Assembly: GCA_973895155.1 (NCBI GenBank)
Contig: OZ316891.1
Coordinates: 30,821,112-30,885,111 of the forward strand
Reading direction: 5' to 3'
From: Marsupella aquatica
Taxonomy: Eukaryota > Plantae > Marchantiophyta
DNA length: 64,000 bases
A program made the position numbers and the translations under genes. The notes under the pieces were generated by a model, which was given only the letters and a program-made list of their open reading frames with translations, ran no database searches and was not told the DNA's origin. This document shows positions 36,292 through 47,566 of this stretch, piece by piece. Each line of letters begins with the position of its first letter. Within the stretch, counting starts at the first letter, position 1.

Positions 36292-38179
36292 CTTCTTTTC
36301 TTCACCACCAATACGCGAACTCCTGTACAACTTGGAAACTCACACACATAGCATTCTCACAAATACGCTCCCCCTTCTTTACACCAGTAGCAGATTAGCT
36401 GGGCCTTGACGTCTCAGTTGAACTCGTCATTCTTCCATACACTAATGGCGACTTTCTTGCGGCATCCGGGTCTTTGTTTCTTCGCCGCACCTGAATGTGT
36501 CATCGCTATTTCAAACCCTCTGTGCGTCCGCAGGAACTACCGCCGCCCATGAATGCGAGAAGTGAATAATTAATCCTCAGTGGCCTTTGTGGACTTCGTC
36601 CTGCTCTCCTATACTTTCAACCACAGGAAGATCTCCAGCTAAATGCCACTACGTCTTCACCACGACTCAAAAACCTCCGAAACGCCGCGGCGCTGGTTTG
36701 AATATCGGGCACTGCTACCTGAAAGATCACAAAACATGAAAACATAAATTTGTCACGGCATTGGTGGATAACAGAGCTTTCAATAACGAGCGGCGACGAC
36801 AGTCTTCTAAACTTGAACTAGCTGGAGCCCGTTCGTTGGGGGCACGCATTGGGTCGCACCCTTCAGAAAGGAAACATGGAATTATCCTCATGAGAAAGCT
36901 AGCCCACCCACCGATGCATCCTCCAAAGACTCGTTTGAGTCACACAGTTTATTCTGACATTGACATGGCAGCACGCCTACCTACTGTCCCGAGCGATCTA
37001 AACGATCGGACAAAACCTGGGGAGCTACCAACGATGTGGAACACATTCTGGCCACAATAACTACAATAGATGCGGCCAAAGTGCCTAGGACGCAGCTTAA
37101 GCACATGTCGTTGTTATTGGTTGACGTCAACAACTGTTGAGTGACTTGCCCGGGCTTCCTTTAGATGGAGACCACAGCTAGAGCTTGTTAAAAATGTTGA
37201 GAGAAGTCCACAGCATTTACTCCTCATCCCTGAACCAGTCAATCCAACGTTCGTGCTCTGGCGAAGTATCTCACTACGCATAGGGACTTACATCCAGGGG
37301 AGGAAGGGAAGTCGACGAACTGAGCCCGTCATTGGATTCAATAGCCTCATCTCTTGGATACTAGCAAATTGGTACAGGCATCGGGACGACATTGCCACCT
37401 CAGTCGGTGCAGTTCACGGAACGAGGATCGAGCTGCTTCTTACCTGGGCAAGGATTGGATTGCTCTAATCTCATGAGAGAAGCTGATCAAATCTAGCACT
37501 TTTAGTAGAACGAGCAGAGCCCATTAAAAGAGGACATCGCTGGATGTTTTGCGTCCATGGCAGGTGAATGTATAGTGGCCTACAGGGTGTCCTTTTCTCC
37601 GGGTAGAGGAAGGAAAGGTCGGCACGAGGAGGAAAGTACATTAATCAGTTTCCTTGCAAGTCTCCACATGGGCGGCAGTGGAGATCGTCCGTTTCCCAAA
37701 GGACCGTCCTACCGAAACTTCCACATTCGTGCAATCCAACAATTCGACGTCGGTACGTCTCGATGACCATTGGAGTGGGGCGGAGTGGAGTGGAGTGGAG
37801 TGGACAAGCCAGCCAGCAAAGCCGGATACCATGCACCAATTATGGCTGAAATCTTTTACTTTGCTGAAGAAAAGGCGAATGCTTCATTTGAGGGGCCCCA
37901 AGAGTAGCCCCATCGATCTCTACTCCTCCACGTCATCTCTGGGAACACCTGACCGAGTGCGCACGAGGACTAAGAAAGGAAATAGGCTAGACTAACCTTC
38001 GCCCAGAGAGAAAATGCAGCACCTCCTGCTACTCTCGTCACTGCCACTGTGCCGTCGACACCAACCTTCTTCCTGGAGCCTCGGTCTCTCGAGACACATG
38101 GGTAGCACTACTACTCCACCCTAAGCTTCGTACTCGCAGAAAAGCAAATCCAAGCGAATTTTCTGGCATCGGCAGAAAC

Positions 38180-39190
38180 TCTCATCACAACACACCGCTC
38201 TCGATACTCCGCCCTCGCCCGCCACGTAAAATTCTCCGCAAACCCCGCCTTGCTGAGCACCTCTCCGCGAATTTGCACTCTGGGTATCCGATCCCGTGCC
38301 TCATCACAAGCTTCCGCCCAATCTGTCGACGCCCAACCTCCAGAGCTCTCAAGTGTTGTTTGCTGTTGTTGTTGTTCAATCCCGCAGCAGTAGCCTCCTC
38401 AGTCTCCTCCGCCGATCTCCCAAAATAGTGTCCTAGGAGGCGGACCCGACCTCGACCTGCTGAAAAACGCCCACTACCGCCTGCAGCAGGTCACCACGCA
38501 GCCTCGTACCGTACGCACTCTGCTCTGCGTTCACCTTCCACCGGCACGAGTCGGTCGCCCCTGTCCTTCACGATTCCCGCCCTGGACCCATCATTACTCC
38601 AGAACAACGGGGACTGGGAATCGCCAATCGCGTCAAATATCCCGAAAACGAAAGCGAACCGAATGGGCGGAATGGCGCCCTGTCCGCAGCAATAGATGCT
38701 GTCGACCCACAATCCCTTCACGATCGCTCTGCAGCTTCTCCTCCCGGTCAAACCCCCCGGCCCGGTCCGGTCCGGCGAGGCCCCCCGCGCTCTTCTCTTC
38801 TCTCGCCGGCCGGGTTCTTTCTCACTCTTCCGCCCTGCGCCGCTTCGTCCGCCGGCCGGGAAAGCCGACACAGGAACGACACGACTGTATCGGCCGTCGG
38901 CGTCGGCATCTTCCTGTCCCGCCATCCCGTCGCGACAAAGTATCAGTCTCGTCCCGAGTTCCCGATGGGACGCAGGTAGGTAACAGGATCTACGGCCAAC
39001 CATCCTACGGTAGCAATCTAGCAGGGAACGCTTCTTTAGCTGCGGGAATACTCCACTTCAGCCGCCGCCACCGGCAGGCACCCTCGCCGAGCGTACGGCA
39101 ACCGGCCGACCCGGTTCGAAAGGGTGAGAGCCGGCAGGTTTTTTTTGTGTAAGGTGTAGGGATGTAGCCTCTGTCTTGAGGTCTATTTAC
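38180..39190 (-). promoter_or_regulatory. GC/CpG-rich island, possible promoter and first UTR exon of the ankyrin gene
   Basis: A sharp rise in GC/CpG 2-3 kb upstream of the ankyrin ATG, ending at an AT-rich boundary ((TTAA)n at about 39280). No recognisable protein in its ORFs. Confidence 0.35.
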
Positions 39191-42049
39191 ACAGCGGCTT
39201 CCCTAAGGAGGGGTGGGGACCTCATGGAAACTATTCACCCCACATTTTTCTCGATTTGTTTTCTGTGAAGTCCATAGCTTATTAATTAATTAATTAATTA
39301 GGGACCTACAAGGCTACAAGTGTAGGACAAGCACCCCACGGCAGAATGATCCCTTTTATTTTAAACTTTGTGAGACGAGTGTGAGTGGACTTCACCTCTT
39401 CCTCGGGATGCATTCCCTGTCATTAAAATTCTGACATATACATGTGTGAAACATTGAATTTCTCTTGATTTAAGGAGTACTATTAGACTTGACAGCTAAC
39501 CCGTTTTCTATTTTATTTTGAACTGGTGACAGTGAACCCAATATAGTCAACTATCCTACGTAGTGATGAAGACTAACCGAGCACAGAGAAAACCAAATCC
39601 AAAAAGTAAGACAACCTCAGATTGATCAGGATTTAGTCTAGCAATTTGGCTAACAGAATGGACAAAAGGCCTTTTCTTTTGGTAATTCAGTCCCATAGCA
39701 AGGTTAAAGGTAGGCAAAAAATCAGAAGTAGAAATGGTTGCGATCATCTCTCACCAAGGGTGGCAATCTCTCACCAATTCTACGGTAGGGTTCTGTTTGT
39801 TTTGTTTTGTTTTTGGGGGGGGAGTTTTCATGAATACTAGGTGGTGACTAGAAACCAAGTCATGTCTTGAGATTTAGATTGATTTAGGCAAGTAAGACAT
39901 TGGGTGTATACTTGCAAGGCACTTGGGACTGCCAGGGTCCCAGGCAAGGAGGTGCATGTGGAAAATGGCTGTAGCCCGCATCAGGTTGCTGGCAACTGGG
40001 ATGGAAGCATGGAGGGAGGGCCTGGTGACTAGGAGAGGAATTGGTGACTAGTGGACCAGGGTTGAATCTATTTTTGGCAACTTGGACACATTACTTTTGC
40101 AAAATTTGTTCTGCAGGTTCAATTTTTTGCCCAAAAGTTTTCAAAATTGAAAACCCAGGTTCAAAGTTTTTGCCCTAACAATTTCAAATAAAATTTTTTG
40201 GCAAAAACCCATTGTCTTTGCCAAGGACTAATGCCAATCATGAACCAATAGGAGAAGGGAACATGGCCACAAGGTATTTTCATGTTTTTCTTTTTGCTGG
40301 GATGGCAAGTGTTACCTTGTGTGAAAGAGTAAATACTTAGAACTTCTCTACCTCATTTCTGTACATGAATTTCGGCCTCCCTAGGTCTAAGGATTAACCG
40401 TGAGGGGAAAAAAGTACTATGGACGGATTTTGACTAATTGGGTCTATTGCTATGGGAAACAGGCAAATGGAAGGCCAAAAACTTAGCAGATTTTCATCTG
40501 GCCAACACACTTCAACGAGGTGGAATACAGCGAATTTTGGCCACTTTAAAAAAAACCCAGTTCACTCGACGAAGGAGAAGGGCTAACCTGCAACCGGCAA
40601 CCGGGGAAGGAAGGGAAAGGAGGGGCCTCGGTTGTTTCAAACTCATTTATGAGTCGGTGTCAGACACTGTCAAACTGAGTGTGAAATGTGTCTCTTACAC
40701 AGTTACACTGTTGGGGTACGGTCAGCGAGTAAAGACAATTGAGAGGGCCATTGAGAGCCAATTTACTGGGGCATAATGTCATCTGGGGAACCGCTTTTAC
40801 CCCGTGAGTAACAATCAATGTCGAGCGGCCAGGATTATTCGCGATCCCTGTCTCAGATACTGTACGGTATACATTCTCAAAGTCCCCATCCGTCTGACAG
40901 GTTGGAGGTCACCTCCTATATGTCAGTATGTCAGTCTAGATCGACGGCCATTATTTTCCATGGGACCACAGTTACCGTCGATGAGTGGCACTTTTTCTTC
41001 GTTCTGATTAAATGTAAATCATTATGCCGACAGTAGAATGAATACGCTTTTGCAGATTAATAATCTGATCACACCGTAGTGCTGTTTAAACCGGCTCATT
41101 ACATAAAAACATTGACGAGAAAACTGAATTTATTTCAAATGTTTGGGATTGAGTGGAGGCCAGAAGATGCCAGAAGATGAGAAGATTCAAACTTCTGTTG
41201 CTTGATCTTTGTGAATTCATTCTACATTGTCCCTTTGTAGGTGCAAACATCTAGCAAAATATTTTGAATATGTATATGTCCCTTTGAAAATGTTCTCTAT
41301 TCTTGACAAGAATAGAACACTTTGCTATCTGCGTTCAACTCCCATGTTTGTCCCTACACAGGCATAGTCTAAGCTTTCAATGTTTCCAGACAACTACGAC
41401 CTATAATTTCACTCTTTACAATAGATCATGCAAAGAAACCTCTACAGAAAAGATGATGAAAGATAGATTTCAATTACAAATTACAGTGTACATTGCGTGA
41501 ATACTCCCCCAAGGATTTGGCAATGAGTGGATAACAAACATAGGAATTTATAATGTGCAGTTTGGAAGATTCTAATTTTTCTGTTCTTTGACTTCTTTCA
41601 CTGGCGTTGCTGTGCTGCTCGTATGAAGTAAGAGTCATAAATTCATACATACAGAGGTATGAATTTGTGGTCATTGTAAGTAAAACGTATGCCATAAGAG
41701 AGGGTTTATTAATGGGTCCTGCCGACCAGCTGTAGCAAGGTACTGTAAGTGTAAGTTCTTCATAATCTCAAAAGTGGCTCCTTAATGGATTCTGGGAAAC
41801 AACTGTGCTCAATGAAATTATACCATTGAATGGCTGCTGATATAAATTCTGGTCATAGAAAGCTCACTCTGCAAGAAGGAAAAGTTTGTTAGAGTCCACC
41901 ATCCACTGACCCAGACCTTGCCTTAGTACTTATCTGTCAGAATGGATTAATAGTGGAAATGTGTTCAACACTAGTTTTGATGGCTTGAAATTACTGTCGT
42001 TTTTTGGCTAGAAATCGTCAACTAAATTGGTACAAGTAGTTCATGTAGG

Positions 42050-43493
42050 CGAGCTCAATACCCGTGCGTTGCACAAAAGAAGTCATGTCGGCCAAGATCT
42101 CGTTGAGAAAAAAAAGATGTCGTGTAAGCCAAGAGGTCGTGGAGAGAAAAAAAAGATGTCATGTTGGCCAAGAGGTCGTTGAAGAAAAAGTTGTCATGTC
42201 GGTCAAGATGTCGTTGAAAAAAAGATGTCGTGTTGGCAAAGACATCATTGAGATAAAATATGTTGTGTCGGCCAAGACATCGTTGAGGGAATTACCCATG
42301 CATTACACCAAAGATGTCGTTAAGAAAAAAATGTTGTGTCGCCCAAAATATCATTAAAATAAGGATATCATGGCGCCCAAGATATTGTTAAGAAAACATA
42401 TGTTGTGCCGCCCCAAGATGTAGTGTCCCCCAAGATGTCACTAAGAGGAAAGTATTGTGCCACCCCAAATGCTCTTAAGAGAATGATATGTTGTGTTTCC
42501 CAAGAATGATGTTCTTATGTGAAAAATGTCATGAAGTAAAAGATGTTGTTAAGAAAAAAAAGTCATTTTGCCAAAGATAGCATGTTGCCCAAAAGGTCAT
42601 CAATTAAAAAATTGTGTCAAATAAGTAGATGTCATGTTGCCAACGATGTCATTAAGTATTAAGATGTTGTTAAGTATAAAATGGTCAATAGATAAAGTAT
42701 GTCATTACTAAACAATGTTATGAAGTAAAAGATGTTCTTAAGTACATATCGGGCCTGATACCTGTGCATTGCACAAATGATGCATGTTGAGGTGAGAAAA
42801 TATATCAAGGTGAGAAAAGATGTCGATAAGAGAAAAACATTTCGAGCTGATAAAAATATGTCAAGGAAAGAAAATATAGCAAGGTGAAGAAAAGATGTCA
42901 TATCAAAGAAAAACATTCGGAGGTGAGAAAAATAAGTCAAGGAGAGAAAAGATGGTGAGATGAGAAAAATATATCAATATGAGGAAAAAATGTTGAGGGT
43001 GAAGAAATATGTTGTGGTGAGATAAAGATGACCCGGTGAGAAAAATATGGCAAAATGAGACAAATATAATATATATGTTGAGGTGAGAAAAGATGTCAAG
43101 GTGAGTAAAATATGTCAAGATGAGCAAAGATCTTGAGATGAGAAGATCTTAATATGAAGAAAAGATGTCAAAATGAGAAAATATTTTATCTATATTTTAT
43201 TTATATTTGAAATTATTTCAAAAAAAATAGAATTTTTAATTTATTAATAAATTTAATTAATTTTTGATTAATTTTTTCAATTGTGACAGGTATGGGAAGG
43301 TTAAAGGGTAGCTTGGGCAGGAACTTATTTTTAGAAGGGATGTATGGATAGATCTTAAAGTGTGGAAAAAATTATATTTTGATAAACATTCAAAATTGAT
43401 TGTCAATTTTTTTTTTTTGTAAAGGGACAGGATCATGATTATAGTGGTACATGGTAAAAGGAGGTCTCCTTTATACTCTTGCATTGCTAGAGA
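42050..43493 (-). mobile_element. Non-autonomous Helitron-like remnants (two 3' termini) with internal minisatellites
   Basis: ATACCCGTGCGTTGCAC (42058-42074) and ATACCTGTGCATTGCAC (42758-42774) resemble the reverse complement of plant Helitron 3' hairpins. They are followed by degenerate AAGATGTCGTGTCGGCC and GAGGTGAGAAAAGATGTC arrays. The CTRR and TC termini are degenerate, so boundaries are approximate. Confidence 0.45.
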
Positions 43494-46383
43494 CCTTCAT
43501 TATTTTCTTTGTACTATTAAATTTATTTTGTGCTTGGAAACATTGTTCTCCATTTTCATTCACAAAAAAAATCATTCTTTCATGTTTTTCATTTTAGGTA
43601 TATTGTAAATTTGAATGACTACTATAATAAAAAAAGTAACATTTTATTATAGCTTTTGATATGGTCTTTGTAATCTAATCTATTTTTAATTAACTTATTT
43701 TAATTAAATTATTATTATTATTATATTCTGCAATATTATAATACTTACAATAATATATAGTATCATATATATTATGTATTTTTGTATTTCATGTGTATAT
43801 GTCCTTGATACTCATGTATGTACATTCACTCTCTTGTTTTGTGTGCCCCATTGGTTCTAGCATTGGCTCCCTACTTGTGTCTCCCATTTGATTCTCCATT
43901 TGTTTGGAATGTATTTATTATTTTTTGGTGCACACTAAATTTAATATAACCTTTATTTCTTCTCTTTCTCTTTGACATGATTAATGTTTTTTGGACACTG
44001 CAAATTTGAATGACGACCACTTCATGAAAAGGCGCAACCTTGTATTATAGTTTAGGATTGAAATCTGGCAGCCAAGGTGTTTTAGTATCCCATAGTGGGG
44101 GGTCAAGCAGTTAGGTTTAATTATGGATTTTAATGTTAGATCTTCGATTGAACATCATCCAACTTTGAGGTGGAAGTCTTTGACAATGTCTAGGTTAGAT
44201 AGATCTGCAAGAAGAGTAAGGGCAAAGGTATTTTGCGAAAAGTCAATTCATTCTAGAATGAACAAAGTGTGAGGCCCTAAACTTTTTACATAAAATATGA
44301 TCTAATCTTGTGCCATCTTTGTGCCATCTATTTCTACCAGAAATTCGTTCTGAGGGGTATCTAACAAGTTGCTGGGGAAACTCCCTTGCCTAATTGTTTT
44401 TTGTCTGTCCTCTCAGAGACATTCTCGATAATTTATTTCTCAGTGAGGTCTCTGCTCAAGCCTTCAATAGAGGGTGTGTGTGGTAGGGCGGAGGAGGAAA
44501 AGAGATTGTGATGGAATCGTGCGTGATGAGACAATGTACAACCTGCAGACCCATTACCATCTGTGGACGGTGCGTGAATAATAACCCCTCCCTATTGCTG
44601 GGAACAAAGATCAATAATTTTCCACATGTCAGTCTTTGAAAACTAAAAATCTGGTCAAATGTGGCAGCATATAAACTTTACTTCAATAATGTTTGGGTAC
44701 GGCGCATTGAATGTTCCCACTACCGGAGTCTCTTTGCTATGCCCTTGAACCCTTGAATATTTTTAAGCCTTCCAAAACTATTGATAGTGCCATCGTAGGG
44801 TTGAAGGAACAAGGTGAATGGGCGGGAGAGAGTATGGATAAAGTGCACTATGCTTTTTCTTTTCTTTCTTTTTAATGTTTATTAATGCTTCTTCTTCTTC
44901 TTTTTTTTGGGGGGGGGGGGGGCGAAGGAGGTGAAACCCCACTCGTAAGTGCATCGTGAAACAGACTCAAGTTGGTTTGTCCTGTAGCAAAATAAAAGAC
45001 ATTTATTCTATCTTAATGAGGTGAAGTGAAAAATAACCTTCAAAGCTGACAATAAGATTCCAATCGACGAATCCAATGGCAAAATGTACAAACCCTTAGA
45101 GTGTGCCAAGAAAAGAAGCATTGGATTTGTGCCAAATTACATTTGTACTTTCTAGAACCATTACAATGTCCTACCCTAGGGTGTGCATTAAGTGAGAAGG
45201 GGGTTGTTCCTACAGAGCAAGGAATATGTTTGATAGACCCTAGGCTGAAAAGGTTTATTTCATGGACGGCATGAAAGTTTTGTTATAGTTACAGTCATGG
45301 TGCTTGTAGTTGACCCAGTTGAATTGGGTCGCATGGATTATATTGCAATAGTCAACACATCTCTACATCGCATTTGGGATGTTGTGAGATGCCTCCACCA
45401 ATGTTGTGAGATGCCTCCACCATACTGATGATTTGCATCTACATCTATTGTTTATTTGATCTATTCAAGATTATAAGGTGAATTCAATTTTCATGTTTTG
45501 TCTTATTCACATTTTTGTATATTTGAATATACCTCAACAAGGGGCATCCTTTGTATCATATAGACTTTTAATTCATTTTTGGACACCTTTAAATTTTTGG
45601 TATCTAATAGTATTTTGAATGTATTTTGGCAGCCCCCTTAATTTTTAAACTTTGTTATCTCCTAGAGAGAAACCAAGGGTTTCATTTTCAATCACTTTTA
45701 AGTATTCTCATGAGTGAGAGGAATGATTCTAAGTAATGTCAACACATATTGTCTTAAGTTCCCTTCATGACTTTCTTTCCTAAATTTATGGTTTTTATTG
45801 AAATGAGTGTGACACAATGAAGTAAGTGCACAACTCGTAACATCTTTGTGTCATAAAATTTAATTGTACTTTCCTTTGGTCACTATGTGCTTTTATTTGT
45901 ATGTGCTTTACTTATATTATTTTATCTCATTCGCATTTAATATGTATTCTAGTTTTACTCTCTAATTTTGTCCAATTACATATCACTACCAGACAAAAAG
46001 TAAAGCATGTTCTGGGATGAGCATGCTATATTCAAGAAACTTTTGTCTGCTTTTTGGTCCTGGTTCTTTGCTCTCATCTTTGTGACATCATCTGATAGCT
46101 CATTCTTTTTATTTCTCAGGGTGATTTCGGATTTACTTCCAATGAGAGCATAACACCTTTGGCCCTTTGGACTTTCAGCATTCTCATTGTTAGCAGGTCA
46201 ATTCCTTTGTTGAGGATAGGCCTTTCTATTTTCATCTTATGGAGATTACGGAGGGTTCCCTACCATTTCAGGTTCACTTGCGAGGGCACTTTGTCATCAC
46301 TAGTAGATCGCCTTCGAGTTGCATTACTTTCATTTCAAGAGCTTTCAGTGCAATTTGGGTTGCAAGGCCATAGTTGTTGGCTG

Positions 46384-46710
46384 TGAGGGATGCTTCTCCT
46401 TTGGTTCGTTTCAAGACTTTGGTGCACGTGTGGTTGGAGGTAGTGGTCATTTTTCTGGTCCTCCACCACATTGATTATGGGTGATCTTACCATAAGGGAT
46501 GCTTCTCCTTTGGTTCTTTTCAAGACTTTGGTGCACGTGTGGTTGGAGGTAGTGGTCATTTTTCTGGTCCTCCGCCACATTGATTATGGGTGATCTTACC
46601 ATGAGGGATGCTTCTCCTTTGGTTCTTTTCAAGACTTTGGTGCACGTGTGGTTGGAGGTAGTGGTCATTTTTCTGGTCCTCCGCCACATTGATTACGGGT
46701 GAACTTACCA
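46384..46710. repeat. 109-bp tandem repeat, 3 near-identical copies
   Basis: Units start at 46384, 46493 and 46602; each contains GTGCACGTG. Confidence 0.95.
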
Positions 46711-46797
46711 TGGTCCGATGACGGGAGTTCCTTGGTTGATGTTGTGGTGGCCAACCTGTTGCGGCAAGACATCCTTGAGATAGGGGCCACAACAACA

Positions 46798-47142
46798 TGT
46801 TAGGCATTTACTCTTAGGTCAGAGTTACTAGTAACCATAATTAGGGTTAAGGTAGTCGTAGGCTTGGTTAGGTTCTAAGCCATGCTACATACTATATACT
46901 CAAGCAGTGTTTGCTTCAATAGAAGAAACTTAGGTTCATTATTATAATGTCAATTGAGAAACAGGAAGAGCTTGTGTTGCGGAGACTAGGTGAGGCTGAT
47001 GGGTCTAGAATGCAATAATCTCTTGTGTGTTCTTGTTGACGTAGCCTCATCTGAGGTGAACCACATACCTCTCAGTGTCGGCAACTTCTTTGTTGGATGT
47101 TCATGATTGGGCATTCATTGTGAATGTCGTCATTGCTCAAGG
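46798..47142 (+). mobile_element. Old solo LTR related to the copia element at 16293-22862
   Basis: Colinear with the LTR read in element orientation: TGTTAGGCATTTACTCTTAGGTC vs TGTTGGGTATTTACTCTTACGTC, and CTCTTGTGTGTTCTTGTTGACGTAGCCTCA..GAGGTGAACCAC vs CTCTTGTGTGTTCCCGTGGACGTAGCCTCA..GAGGTGAACCAC. It ends TGCTCAA. Degenerate TSD CAACA/CAGCA. Confidence 0.8.
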
Positions 47143-47265
47143 CAGCAGGGGCAGTAGTGACATGGGTAACAATGAAAAAAGAAGCAAAATATGTCACACA
47201 CACCTCATCCCGCACCTCATCCAATAGCTTCCTCCCCCTTGCTCTTGAGATATTTGGGCGACTCC

Positions 47266-47566
47266 CTTGGGGGTTAACTTAGTGTATATTTTGGTTGATC
47301 ATGTGTGATCCTAGCCTAATATAGAGACACTCATTTATAAATAAAATATTCTCTATTATTTTCCAATATTAATTATCTATGTTATTTTATATATATAATG
47401 TATGTATTAGAGAATATTCTACAAATGTGAGTTTATAATGCAATCTTTTGCCTCCTACACTATTTAAAACTTGACCTAATCTCTATCAATAATACTTATT
47501 TTGGATTGCATGTGGTTCCTACAAATTTTGATAGTGGACACCGCCTCTCCCGGGCCCTCTCCCGAG
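47266..47566. mobile_element. hAT-like MITE, copy 2 (same family as 24069-24361)
   Basis: Colinear similarity (AGTGTATATTTTGG, TTAGAGAATATTCTA, GAGTTTATAAT, TATTTTGGAT.GCA.GTGGTTC, TTTTGATAGT). Degenerate 8-bp TSD GCGACTCC/GCAACTAC. Confidence 0.75.

Noticed and set aside
38491-39003. 170-aa minus-strand ORF
   Set aside because: Arg/Gly/Ala-rich with no recognisable domain; expected by chance in GC-rich DNA.
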